This document shows positions 25,080 to 37,374 of a stretch of 64,000 bases of DNA, one piece after another. Under the pieces are notes generated by a model. The model was not told the origin of the DNA. It ran no database searches and was given only the letters and a program-made list of their open reading frames with translations. Position numbers and translations under genes: made by a program. The DNA is taken from NCBI RefSeq assembly GCF_028641065.1, contig NC_073396.1:10416001-10480000 (forward strand), read 5' to 3'. Origin of the DNA: Leucoraja erinacea. Taxonomy: Eukaryota. The stretch's first letter is position 1. Each line of letters starts with the position of its first letter.

Positions 25080-27846
25080 CTAGCGATAACGCGCTGGGGG
25101 TAAGATGTTGCTCCTGGATCTAGTAGATCTGGTTGTTGCCTGCAGTGTTGCACTCGATGTATTGGTAACTTGTTGAGTTGTTTCCTGGCCATTGGTTGGT
25201 GCTGGTTGACTATATGACTCACTGGTAGCAGTTTGTGAGAATGTGTTGTCATCAATGGTAGGTGTTGCTGCTGCTGTGGGTGGTGTCCTAGGAGTTGCTG
25301 GTGTTGTCTTTGAAGTTGCAGGTGTTGACATTTCAGGTGTCGGGCGGATGTGAATTCTGTTTCGTCTCAACTGCCTGCCCGGTTCTGTCTCTATGATATA
25401 TGATTTTGGGGTTCCAGCCCTGCTGGTGATTTGTGCTGGGGTCCATTTCTTTGTTGTTGGATCCTGAGCATGTACGTTTTGGCCTTGAAATAGTTCAGGC
25501 AAGTACTGTGCATTTTTGTTGTATTGTTTCAGCCCCTCCTCCTGGGCAGCTGCCAATTTTGCCCTTGTTTCTTCTTGGTTGATAGGGGGTTGGATTTTGC
25601 TTGGCAGGGTGGTTTTGTATTTCCTGCCATTTAGCATTTCTGCAGGAGACCATGTCAGCCTTTAGTGGAGTTGCCCGTAAGGATAAAAGTGCCAGGTTTG
25701 GATCTTCCTTTGCCTCTCGGCATTTTATTAGTGTTTTCTTGACTGTCTGTACTTGCCTTTCAATAAACCCATGGCCCTTTGGGTAATGTGGTGAAGATGT
25801 TGTGATTTTGAACCCGTATTCGGTGGCTAGCTCTCTGAATTCCCGAGATGTGAATTGGGTTCCATTGTCACATACGATCTGCTCAGGTATTCCTTGCTCT
25901 GCAAACAACCCTCTAACAATTGACACAATTGTTTTAGCTTTCAAATCCTTTACGTTTCTCACAAATGGGAATTTGGAGTAGTAGCAGGCCATAATCAAAT
26001 ACCATTGCTGGTTCTCTGTGAACAGGTCTGCTCCGATGGTTTGCCATGGCCGGCTTGGGATATCACTGGGTGTCATTTCCTCCTTCTGTTGTGAATTCCT
26101 GTATTTTTGGCATATGTGGCATGTAGATACCAGCTTTTCTATGTCCTTGTACATGCCTATCCAGTACACAGCGGATTTAGCACGGAGTCTGCACTTTTCC
26201 ATTCCTAAGTGTCCCTGGTGGATCTTTTCGAGGATTTCTTTTTGCATGGACTTGGGTATGATGATTCGTGATCCGGCCATCAGGACTCCATTCTCTACCG
26301 AAATATCATCACGGATGGTCCAGTATTCGCGGAGGAGAGGCTGAACTTGTTGTCTCTTTTCTGGCCACCCCTGTATTACCATTTGGGTGAGGAGCTGGAG
26401 TTCTTCATCTCTGGCTGTTTCCTCTTTGATCTGTTCCAGCTTCACGCTTGTCACACTCACAATGTGGTGGATCTTTATGCTCAGCCCTTCCATCTCTTGT
26501 TTGTCATGTGTTGATAGTCTGGAGAGGGCGTCAGCTAGCAGCAGGTCTTTTCCTGGCTTGTATCTGATGTTGTAGTCGTAGTGCTGTAGCCTCAGTAATA
26601 GTCTCTGTAGTCTGGGTGGTGCTTTGGTGAGGTTTTTTTTTTCGATTTGTTCTAGAGGGCGGTGGTCTGTTTCAATGTCAAAATTTCATCCATATAGGTA
26701 AGTGTGAAATTTCTCGCAGCCATAGACTACTGCTAAGAGTTCTCTCTCTATGTTTGCGTACCTTGATTCTGTAGGCGTGAGTGCTTTGGATGCATACGCA
26801 ATAGGTCGGCCATTTTGTATCAGTACTGCTCCAACTCCTCTCATGGAGGCATCAACTTGGAGTGTTACAGGTTTCTGCCTGTCATAGTACTGCAGGATCG
26901 TTTCTTTGCTGATGAGTTGTTTTATTTTTTTTAAATCTTGGCTATGTGAAGCACACCAATCAAACTCAGCGTCGTCTTTCATCAATTCGCGGAGATTTGC
27001 TGTGTGATTAGCAAGCTTAGGTATGAAGACTCCCATGTATTGTATGAGCCCTAGGAAACTTCTTAGCTGTTTCTTGTCTTTGGGTTCCTCCATGTGGTTG
27101 ATAGCATCCACTTTTGTAGGGTCCGGTTTCACTCCTTCTGCAGAGTAAATCAGTCCAAAGAATTTGCACTCCCTTTCTTTGATCATGCATTTGTCTGCAT
27201 TGAGCTTTATGCCGGCTCTTCGAGTTTTTTCCATAGCCTCATGGAGGTTGTAATCATGCGTGTTTTCATCTCTGCCGTATATTTGGATATCATCTGCTAT
27301 CCCGATTGCCCCTTTACAGCCTTTGTATGTTTCATCTATTTTCCGCTGGAAGACATCTTGACTCACCTTCAGCCCGAATGGGAGCCTGTTGAATCTGAAT
27401 CTGCCAAATGGCGTGTTGAAAGTGGTGAGCATTGATGACTCTTGGTCTATTTTGATGTTCCAATATCCATTGCTAGCATCCAGCTTGCTGAACACCTTGG
27501 AACCGGCCAGTGCTGGTGTGATCTCTTCAAGGGTTGGAGTTGGATAATGGTCGCGCTTCAATGCATTGTTCAGATCCCTGGGATCAAGGCATATCCTTAG
27601 TTTTCCGTTTGGCTTTCCTTTGACAACAATTGAATTCACCCAATCAGTTGGTTGAGTTATTTCTGTGATGATGCCCTTTTTTTCCATTTCGTTTAGTTGT
27701 TCCCTTAGCCTCTCTTTCAGTTCAAGGGGAACACGGCGGGGTGGGTGGATCACTGGTTTCACACTGGGGTCTACTGTGATATGGTATTCGTATTCCTCAA
27801 AACAACCAACGGTATCGTCAAAACACTCTGGGTACATGTCAATCAA
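25080..27846 (-). pseudogene. pol: Frameshifted Gypsy pol (RT, RNase H, integrase)
   Basis: RT (KLRICLDPRDLN, LDASNGYW, LPFGL, IADDI), RNase H (VDASMRG, ERELLAVV), integrase HHCC (HQGH..CHIC) and DDE core (ADLF, CDNGTQF, IERQVQTVK). Confidence 0.92.
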
Positions 27847-28228
27847 TGAGTGTACCTGATACAAAGTAGTGCAGGAGGTTGGGACTGCTACAATGAATAT
27901 GTAGCATATGTAACAGTAATAATAGCTCATCTTATTCCATTTATTTATCTCAATCATCCTAAAAACAAATAAAGAACTTATGGGTTATTGATGGGGAACG
28001 ATCAGCCATGATCACAATGAATGGCGGTGCTGGCTCGAAGGGCTGAATAGCCTCCTCCTGCACCTATTTTCAATGTTTCTATGCTTCTATGTTTCTAAAT
28101 AGTAGTTCACAAGAGATTGCAGCACTTTGAGCTGAGGAGCTAGGTGTGGAGATAGCATTTAACACTTTCCAAAGGTATTCTTGACGCTGCTTTAACAAAT
28201 ATTATGTGATGAGACAGAAATGAGATGA

Positions 28229-28531
28229 GGGTGGCATGGTGGCACAGCGGTAGAGTCACTGCCTTATGGCGCCGGAGACCCGGGTTCGATCCTGACTACG
28301 GGTGCTGTCTGTACAGAGTTTGTACGTTCTCCCTGTGACCGCATGGGTTTTCTCCGGGTGTTCTGGCTTGCTCCCACACTCCAAAGGCGTGCTGGTTTAT
28401 AGGTTAATTGGCTTCTGTAAATTGTCCTTGGTGTGTAGGATCGTGCTAGTGTATGGCAATCAGTGGTTGGCGCGGACTCGGTGGGCCGAAGGGCCTGTTT
28501 CAAAGCTGTATCTCCAAAGTCTAAAGTCTAA
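28229..28531 (+). mobile_element. Full-length HE1-type V-SINE
   Basis: Head, V-domain, and tail with (AAAGTCT)n. Confidence 0.9.
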
Positions 28532-29435
28532 AGAAAGAGAAAAGAGGTGAGCGAAACCTTTTGTTTAAGAAGGAACTGCAGATGCTGGAAAATCGAAGAT
28601 ACACAAAAATTCTGGAGAAACTCAGCGGTTGCAGCAGCATCTATGGAGCGAAGGCAAAGGCAAGTTTCGGGCTGAAACCCTTCTTCAGACCTTTATTGCG
28701 AATTATTATGAGCAAAACCATTATTGGTTAAAAGGATGTGTGTCTTGATGACTCCAGAAAGGTCGTTGAGTTTTTTTCCTGCACTATTAATCAAACATCT
28801 CTGAGGTAGGAATTCCAGAGGTAAAAGCAAATTGGTGGTGGAAACATAGAAACATAGAAAGTAGGTGCAGGTGTAGGCCATTCGGCCCTTCGAACCAGCA
28901 CTGCCATTTAATATGATCACGGCTGATCATCCAGAATAAGTGGACAGAAACTTTGATTCTTTGCTAACAATCCAATCTTATAAATCGAACCTTTATTACA
29001 AGTGCACTTCAATGATTGCCTTACTTTTGCTTTCCCTGCAATAGCAGTTAAATTTCCTTCATGATATGATAGATCTCCCAATTGGAATGATTGGTCGTGA
29101 CGAAAGACGGGAAAGAAACAAATGAATGCCTTCCCATTGAATTTTGTCGTGAAAATAAATGATGCCAAACACATTTGCGTCAATATAATGGGTGAGCAGC
29201 GTGTTAGTTAATGATAACATGACCTCTTCCAAGGACAGTGACAGAATGTTCAAACTGTTAATCACAGCCAGGCATCTCCGAAGGAACAGATGTACTAAAC
29301 TCCACGACGTGGGATCCATTGGCAGTTTTATATTGTCCCCGCAAACAGAATGAGTGGACTTTTCAAGTGCCATCCACTATTCATTTTCGGAGAGTTTGAA
29401 AGTATTCTCGGAGTTTGATGATTAATTCTAACGGC

Positions 29436-29655
29436 AGGGTGGCGGTGTGCGGTGGGTAGCTTCCTCACAGCGCCACGGACCCAGGTTCGATCCTGACCAC
29501 GGCTGCTGCCTGTGCAGAGTTTGTACGTTCTCCCCTTGACCTGCGTGGGTTTTCCCCGGGAAAAGCTCCAGTATCCTCCCACACTCCAAAGACGTACAGG
29601 TTTATAGGTTAATTGGCTCGGTAAAATTGCAAATTGTCCTTAGTGTGTAGAATAC
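29436..29655 (+). mobile_element. HE1-type V-SINE (3' truncated)
   Basis: GGTTCGATCCTGACC head and V-domain. Confidence 0.8.
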
Positions 29656-31259
29656 TGTTCAGTGTTCAGATTCTGATACAGATTGGATTTTAATGGGTCT
29701 TGTCCGTGTACAGTACAGAGACAACAATTTTATGCATTTAGCATCTCCCTTGAAGGGCGACATAGTAACGATTTGGGAAAAAGATAATAATGTTGGCTGG
29801 CGGGGGGGGGGGCCGAAGGTACTGTTGGGTGATTGGCAGTCACCGAGGTACGTTTTGTTTAGTAGAGTGAAAGCTATTTCGGAAAGAAGCTGTTCCTCGC
29901 ACTCTGCTGGTTCCCTTCACGGAGACCCTGTACGCCTCCCGGATGGTAGGAGTCTAAACAGACCTATTCCTTTTCTCCAGGGAGCTCCTTGACGATGCTG
30001 AGTAATTCTCCGCAGACAGCGCTTGCTTTGGATTTAGACTCAATGGAGGGGATTGGAACCGGTGAGCATGCGTTGGGCAATTTTTACCACCCTCGTTACA
30101 CGTGACAATAATTAACATAAAGCCAAATATAGTGCAGATAGTTTTCCCATTACTCTCTGCTGCTTTATCAGCTGCCTATGTGTGCGTGTGCAGATGAAAG
30201 TCACAAAAGTGATGTCTGGGATTTTACTGCTCATGTCTCGTCTCTTAGATCAAACCCACAAAGAACTTGGAAAGAGAATCACACACTTGTGCAGCAAGCT
30301 CGAAGTCGCGGATTTTCATCTACATTTTATGTTCCATTGATACTGAATCAGTGGCATGGGCAAAACAGTGGTGTCGCTGGTAGAGTTCCTGCTTTTATGC
30401 CAGCACCAGGCTTGGAGTGACCCAAGTTCAATTGTAGGTATCTTGGACTGCTGTTTGATGGGGCATGAGTTGGCTGGCGTGGGCTTGTTAACGGCAGGTA
30501 TTTGCCTCCCTTTATCACTCTATATAACTTTTTTTCACTTCAATAAAGCTATTTCAACTTAAAACTGTGGCTGCACTCTGTATCTTCGTCCCCACTCGTC
30601 CCCCATTGTACTTGTTCCCATCAAACGCCTCTAACAGGACCTATTCCTTTTCTCCAGGGATGCTGCTTGACCTGCTGACCGTAATTCTATTGCACTTATG
30701 TTTGGCTTGATAGTATTTATGTATAGTATTATCTGATTTGATCGGATAGCATGCCCGCAAACTTTACAGACTGTACCTCGTACACGTGACAATAATTAAC
30801 CGGGGTCCAGCGCTATAGTGCAGATAGCTGTACCATACGCCTCGGCTGCCACGCATTTTCCCTATGTGTGTGTGGCGGGATGAAGGGTCACAAAGATGAA
30901 AATGTAGGGGGAATTTTTAAATGAATAGAAGATTCCTGCCTGCACTGGAGACCCGACCGTCTTTTAGATCAAACCCTCAAAGAACTTGGAAAGAGAATCA
31001 CACACTTGTGCAGCAAGCTCAGAAGAAGCCGGGGATTTTCATGCCTACTCACCTCACCGTCCATTGAGCTGGCCGAGTCAGAGGCATGGGCAACACGGTG
31101 GTGAGCGTTGCTGCTGTTGCTGCTGCATTGCTAACTGCAGTGAGTGACCCTGCTTCAATGCGGGTCTGCGGACGGCTGCTGTTTGTGTGGCGGGTCCATC
31201 TCTCTTGAACCGCTTTGGAGGGCACCCTGTGCTCCGGTTTTTTTTTTTCCCCATCCCGA

Positions 31260-31572
31260 AGTTTTAGTTTAGAAGAGCTCCTGGAGCGGGCCCTTCGTGC
31301 CACCGAGTCGCGGCAATCGGCGATGGCCGCGGGATTAACACCAGCGCATACACACGGGGGACAATTTTACCAATACACAATTTTACCAAACCAATTAACC
31401 GACAAACCTGTGTGTCTTTGGAGTGTGGGAGCAAACCGAAGATCTCGGAGAAAACCCACGCAGGTCACGGGGAGAACCCGCAAACTCCGTACAGACAGAA
31501 CCCGTAGTCAGAATCGAACCGGGGTCTCTAGCGCTGTAAGGCAGCAGCTGTACAGCTACGCCACGGTGCCAC
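31260..31572 (-). mobile_element. HE1-type V-SINE
   Basis: Reverse complement of the HE1 head/core/tail. Confidence 0.8.
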
Positions 31573-31829
31573 GCATTTTCCCCTTGTGTAGATGATGGCG
31601 GGGTAGGAGGGGGGGGGGGAAGGTGAAAATGTAGGGGGAATTTTTAAATGACAATTAAATTGACTATTGACTATTGACTATTGGGAGGCTAATGTTTGGC
31701 GCAGATGCAGCATTCAAGTCCCTTTGCATTGAAGGCCAACGTGTTATTGCTACTGCTCACTGCACTTGAAATCCGGCTTTCAGTGATAATTATGCAAGAA
31801 CAATCAGATCTTGTTACATGGCTTGTGTG

Positions 31830-32143
31830 TAGTTTAGTTTAGTTTAGTTTAGAGATACTGTGCAAAAAAAAAAGCCCTTCAGCCCACTGAGTCCGCACCG
31901 CACCAGCAATCCCCGCACATTAACACTGCCCTACATTAGGGACAATATTTACATTTCTACCAAGTCAATTAACCTACAAACCTGTACGTTTTTGGAGTGT
32001 GGAAGGAAACCGAAGATCTCTGAGAAAACCCACGCGGTCACAGGAGAAGGTACAAACTCCATATAGACAGCATCCGTAGTCAGGATCGAACTCGGGTTTC
32101 TGGCGCTGTAAGAGCTGTAAGGCAGCAACTCTACCACGGCGCC
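31830..32143 (-). mobile_element. HE1-type V-SINE
   Basis: Reverse complement of the HE1 head/core with (TAAAC)n tail. Confidence 0.88.
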
Positions 32144-32658
32144 CATTGGTCATTGAAAGGTGTCCTGATGTAAGAAGAGAGATGGATTTGAAACACCGTG
32201 ACCATATCCACCGTGACTAGACTGGCATGAGCTATTACTTTTACATGGAAGCTCTCATGCACATCAGTATAGAAAGTGGTGATAAAAAAAATGATAATCC
32301 TGCAAGGTTTTAAATCAAGAATTATAGTTACTAATAAAAGATACTCAGACCCAATAATTAATACGACATATTGTTAGCTAGCTTGTAACATTACATTGAA
32401 CACAAGTGCTGGAGTAATTCAGCGGGTCAACCAGCATCACTGGAGGACATTGATAGGTGACGTTTCGAGTTGCGACCCTTCTCCCACCCTGAAACGCCAC
32501 CTATCTATGTCCTCCACAGATGCTGCCCTACCCGCTGTGTTACCCAGCACTCTGTGTTCTCCACAAGATTCCGGTGTCTGCAGTTTCTTGTGTCTACGTG
32601 TGGCATTGTATATTATCTATATGCTACTTTAAAACTGATACTCATCCCTTTCTCTCTA

Positions 32659-32987
32659 ATAGACATAAAATGCTGGAGTAACTCAGCGGGACAGGCAGCA
32701 TCTCTGGAGAGAAGGATTGGGTGACGTTTCAGATGGAGACCTTCAGACTAAATCAGGGGAGAGGGAGATACTGAGATAAGGAAATGTAAGATGTGAAAAG
32801 AAGGCACAGGGAATGGAGATCAAGGAAATGAAGAATAGATCATTGTTAGGTAGGAGAAAGGTAACAACAAAGCAAACAGAGAAAATGTAGACCTGAACAG
32901 TCAGACTAGTCGGAGAACTGGAAAGGGGGGAGGGATGGAGAGATAGGGAAGGCAAAAGTTACTTGAAGTTAGAGAAATCAATATTCA
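32659..32987 (-). mobile_element. Penelope-like element 3' fragment (ORF end, pyrimidine-rich spacer, pseudo-LTR)
   Basis: Minus strand reads ..AAT ATT GAT TTC TCT AAC TTC AAG TAA (NIDFSNFK*), which from memory resembles fish Penelope GIY-YIG ORF termini. This is followed by a C/T-rich tract and the pLTR repeat with a degenerate hammerhead (CTGAAGG..GAAACGTCACC). Confidence 0.65.
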
Positions 32988-33124
32988 AAATGTTTTGATT
33001 ACTCTCTTCCCCAAAGGGAGGTCTTTGCATATTTTTAAGACAGATGTAGAGAGATACTCAAAAAGCAAGAGGATGATAATGTGAAGCTGAGTTTATAGTC
33101 AGATCAGCCATGATCTTAATAACT

Positions 33125-33945
33125 GGCAATATAAGATCAAGGAAATTCAGCATGTCAACAAATCCTCTTTTGATCTTCTACAGGGTTACAGTAAAGAGAA
33201 CATTGACTGGTTGCATCGCAACCTGGTTCAGCAACTCAAAGGCCCAGGAGGGAAGAGGATTGCAAAATGTTACCAACACTGCTCAGCCCATCACGGGTAC
33301 TGACCTCCACAGCATCAAAGGGATCTGTAAGTAAGTAAGTAAAGTAAGTAGGTAAGTAAGTTTATTGGCCAAGTATTCACATACAAGGAATTTGCCTTGG
33401 TGCTCCGCCCACAAGAAACAACATGACATACAGTGACAGTTATGAATGACTCAGAAAACACTAAACATTAATAATAATAAGGCATCCATGATAAAACACC
33501 ATTGATCAAGCATGTGAACCAACAAAATACCAGATCAAATGGAGGCTTATGCCCCTGTCCCACTTAGGAAACCTGAACGGAAACCTCTGGAGACTTTGTG
33601 CCCCACCCAAGGTTTCCGTCCCGTTCCCGGAGGTTGCAGGTGGTTGCCGGAGGTTGCAGGTAGTGGAAGCAGGTAGTGGTAGGGAGACTGACAAAAACCT
33701 CCGGGAACCACACGGAAACCTTGGGTGGGGCGCAAAGTCTCCAGAGGTTTCCGTTCAGGTTTCCTAAGTGGGACAGGGGCATTAGAGTCACTGCCTTAAA
33801 AGGCAGGCGGCATCATCAGAGACCCACACCGCCCTGGCCATGCTCTGCCATCCAGCCATCGGGAAGAAGGCACAGGAGCCTGAAAACTGTAGTGTTCAGG
33901 TTAAGGAGTAGCTTCTTCCCCACAACCATCAACATATTAAACAAC
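33125..33945 (+). mobile_element. Rex1/Babar-like LINE fragment split by two nested insertions
   Basis: LRKFSMS..FYR..ILTGCIATWF-like coding at 33125-33327 resumes at ~33785 (IIRDP..PSGRRHRSLKT..FFPTTINILN). Confidence 0.75.
33550..33781. mobile_element. PIF/Harbinger-like palindromic MITE (232 bp)
   Basis: 3-bp TSD TTA (33547-33549 / 33782-33784). Near-perfect TIR of about 70 bp starting TGCCCCTGTCCCACTTAGGAAACCTGAACGGAAACC. Confidence 0.9.
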
Positions 33946-36024
33946 GATTTCGATGGCTTTCTAAATAAATGATGCATGGGTAAGTTATTTGAGGAAAAAT
34001 ATCATGCAGAAAGTTGCATAATCCTTGTGCTTCATTGAAAACCATGAGATGATCAATTATACAAAGCCATTAATTTTTATAAAGGGATATTTGTTATAAA
34101 GGGATATAACAGAATGTGCTTTTGGCCTGATGTATCTGGCTCTAACATGTCAGTTATGTCAGCATCATTTATCTCAATTGATGTACAATTTAATGTTCTG
34201 TATCTCAGTTTAAGATTTCTACAAGTTCTGAAATATTGTTTGCATGGACTGCTAACAGTTGAATATTCCATCACGGACTGAGAGGAACGTTTCTTAAGAC
34301 TGTGGGCATATCGCTAAACACTGGTGCATTTCCATTATCCAGACAGTGGAAACCCCAGGCCATCTATTTTCTATTTGTGCAGCTTGTCTGCAATAAGTTG
34401 CTTCATCTGTTGAGCCTTCAGCTTAACAAAGGCTGCTCTGCGCTGACAGGTCTAGGCCGACAACGGCATCCCATTTCACTCCAGTCAGAGAGCAGTGATC
34501 ATCTGCCCTCGGGGCTCGAGAAATACTGCACACTGCGAGCAGCAGATGAAACGTTACAATATGAAAACAGTTTGAAAGATCTGCTCCAGAGAATTAGAGA
34601 GACTTTGATTGGTTTGATGGGCCGATAATGGTGGATATTTTGCACATGCAGAGAAAAGTACACATTTGAGCACTTGTAGCAAAGTCTGAAGGCAGGAAAT
34701 TACTAAATGAAGGCTGGAATTACTAGATAAAGGTTGGCTTCAAGTAACCCAATGTCGAAACGAGGGAAACTTTGAGCAAAATACCACATTTCCCCACACA
34801 GTTCTCCTTGTTTGTCACTATTAAAGGTACAATTTTACTCTGTGCATTTATGACAATGTCAGTGTTTCTGCCTGCTTATGTTCAAACCTAGAAGTAGACG
34901 CAATTAAATTTGCTTCTATCTTCTTTCCTACCTTCATTTTATTGTGGTCCCTGTACTTCCTGTCATAAGGTTATAAGTGATCGGAGTAGAATTAGGCCAT
35001 TCGACCCATCAAGTCTACTCCGCCATTCAATCATGGCTGATCTAGCTCTTCCTCCTAACCCCATTCTCCTGCCTTCTCCCCATAACCGCTGACGCCTGTA
35101 CTAATCAAGAATCTATCCATCTCAGCCTTAAAAATATCCACTGACTTGGCCTCCACACCTTTCTGTGGCAAAGAATTCCACAGATTCACCACCCTCTGAC
35201 TGAAGAGTGTCCTCTATCTGCTTCTCGGTCGTCATATGATCGCTTGATTGAATGCAACAGCAGGGAAACAGGTCCTTTGCTCCACCGAGTGTACGCTGGC
35301 CATCCATCATCCATTCACGCTAGTTCTGTTAGCCAATTTTTGCAGCCAGCCCTTTCGTACTCGTTTAATTTATTGTCCCGTGTACCTCTGCATTTCAAAT
35401 GCAAGCCTTCCATTGGTTTCAATTAGAAAGGCATGTGAAAAGTCTTGGGGTCATAGAGGGACACAACCTAGAAACAGGCCCACTTGAGTCCGCACTAACC
35501 AACCACCCATTTAACTAAGCCTACATTAAGCACTTTTTTGATTCTCACCACCTCCACTGGCTTCACCACTGTGCCAGAGGCAGGAGATTCATCTACTTTC
35601 AGTAACGTGGAAAAGAGGTACGACAAAATTATTAGGAGATAAAAAATTTTGCAACAAGTTAAAAATTAAAGTTGATAGAATCATCTTGGCTGTGGCCGCT
35701 ATTAATGCTAATTGGTGGTTTGTGGAATTAATTGCCCAATCGAATGGCCAAGTGCCAACATGTAATTTGTCAAAATTGCTAATCTTAATTTAATACTGGC
35801 AGTATCTCAAAGTACATGAGAAAATTAGATTTAATTATAACAAAATGAAACAGATGAATTACTCCCAAAATGATGCACTTGAATCACGTGGGATGGCGTG
35901 AATTAAAGTCTACGGATCGTAAGAGCAGCAAATAGTGATAGAATTGAATATCAGTCGGCGCGGCGGTCGATGATGTCACCGACCAACCGACGAGGACATA
36001 CCACGTGTGAGTGAGGGGGGGAGG

Positions 36025-36545
36025 AACATAGAAACATAGAAACATAGAAAATAGGTGCAGGAGTAGGTCATTCGGCCCTTCGAGCCTGCACCGCCATTCA
36101 ATATGATCATGGCTGATCATCCAACTCAGTATCCTGTACCTACCTTCTCTCCATACCCCCTGATCCCTTTAGCCACAAGTGCAACATCTAACTCCCTCTT
36201 AAATATAGCTAATGAACTGGCCTCAACTACCTTCTGGAAGAGTCTCGGACCGGAGGGCACAGCCTTAGAATAAAAAGACGTACCTTTAGAATGGAGACGA
36301 GGAAGACGTTCTTTAGCCAGAGGGTGGTGAATCTGCGGGATTCGTTGCCACAGAAGGGAGTGGAGGACAAGTCATTGGGAATTTTTAAATCGGAGATTTA
36401 CATATTCTTGAATAGTAAGGGCGTCAAAGGTTACGCGGAGAGGGGAGGAGAATGGAGTTAAGAGGGAAAAATAGATCAGGGGAGGAGCAGATTCGATGAG
36501 CCGAATGGCCTAACGTTGCTCCTATGTCTTATGGGCCGTATGGTC
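36025..36545. mobile_element. Two CR1 3' fragments in opposite orientation
   Basis: (GAAACATA)n tail on the minus strand to ~36235, then a plus-strand CR1 C-terminus and tail. Confidence 0.75.
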
Positions 36546-37374
36546 TTAGAATGTCAAAGGTAAGATTAAAAACCAAGAAAACTGCAAACAAATCCGGAAA
36601 ACAAGTTCCAAAAAGACCAGCGGGTTAGTCCAACAAGTTAAGTCAAGGGATTATAGACCAGATGGCCTGACATCTGCACTTGAGAGGTGACCACCTGTTT
36701 GATCTTGAAATGGATTATCTAATCTAGCTACCGACTGCTCCGTAATGCACATGATTAAAAAAACAGCATCCAAAAGTTCAACTTCTTCCAGCAAATCTTT
36801 GAAAACTTCAGAAATGTACCAAAGATTGATGATTCAGCACATCTGCAGCACAATAATATTAAAGTTCCTTTGCAGCAAAGATGAACGAGGGACAGAGCTG
36901 TCATCCAGGAAGAAGCTGGTGGCAGATTCAGTTAATATCCTCCGCGTCCTCCTCCTGCACTATTATAACTTTGGCAGAGGGCCTGAATGTGTGTGTGGAA
37001 ATGAGATTACTGCTGAACACGGCGGCAGAATCAGACAGGCCTCGAAGAAATTCCCACTGCTTGGTTGTGCCAAGAAATTGGCATCGTTATGCAGCATTTT
37101 CAGCTTCAGGTTCGCAGCAAAACCAGATTTCTGAGGCCTGCAGGGTTTGTGCTGACCTGACGTCTGTAGGGTGACTCCACAATAGTCTGCCTCAGAACTA
37201 AAAGCACCTGCATTTATATAGCAACTCCGAGAGCCTCAGATGTCGTAACATGCTTTACTGCAATAGACCTGGCAGCCAGTTCGCCCACAGAAAGGTCCCA
37301 TGAACGCAATATCGAACACTAATTTTACAGGATGCCAGAATGCACCTCTTCCCACGCACAATCAGGACTTTTCA

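Larger units (their letters stand above)
24572..27915 (-). mobile_element. Ty3/Gypsy (Mag/K02A2.6-like) LTR retrotransposon with internal deletion of most of the 5'LTR, PBS, gag and protease
   Basis: 5-bp TSD GTAAT at 24567-24571 and 27916-27920. Complete 3'LTR 24572-24795 (TG..CA). PPT GAGAAGGGGGA adjacent to it. 5'LTR remnant 27847-27915. RT-RNaseH-integrase order. Confidence 0.95.

Noticed and set aside
27847-27957. N-terminal extension of the 423-aa ORF (MIEINKWNK..YYYCYICYIF)
   Set aside because: It is read-through of host flank, TSD and the 5'LTR remnant, not genuine pol sequence.
33547-33791. Near-identical ORFs on both strands (MPLSHLGNLNGNLWRLCAPPKVSV)
   Set aside because: A consequence of the palindromic MITE.
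36745-37134. 129-aa plus-strand ORF in unique sequence
   Set aside because: No recognisable domain or convincing splice signals; length is compatible with chance.
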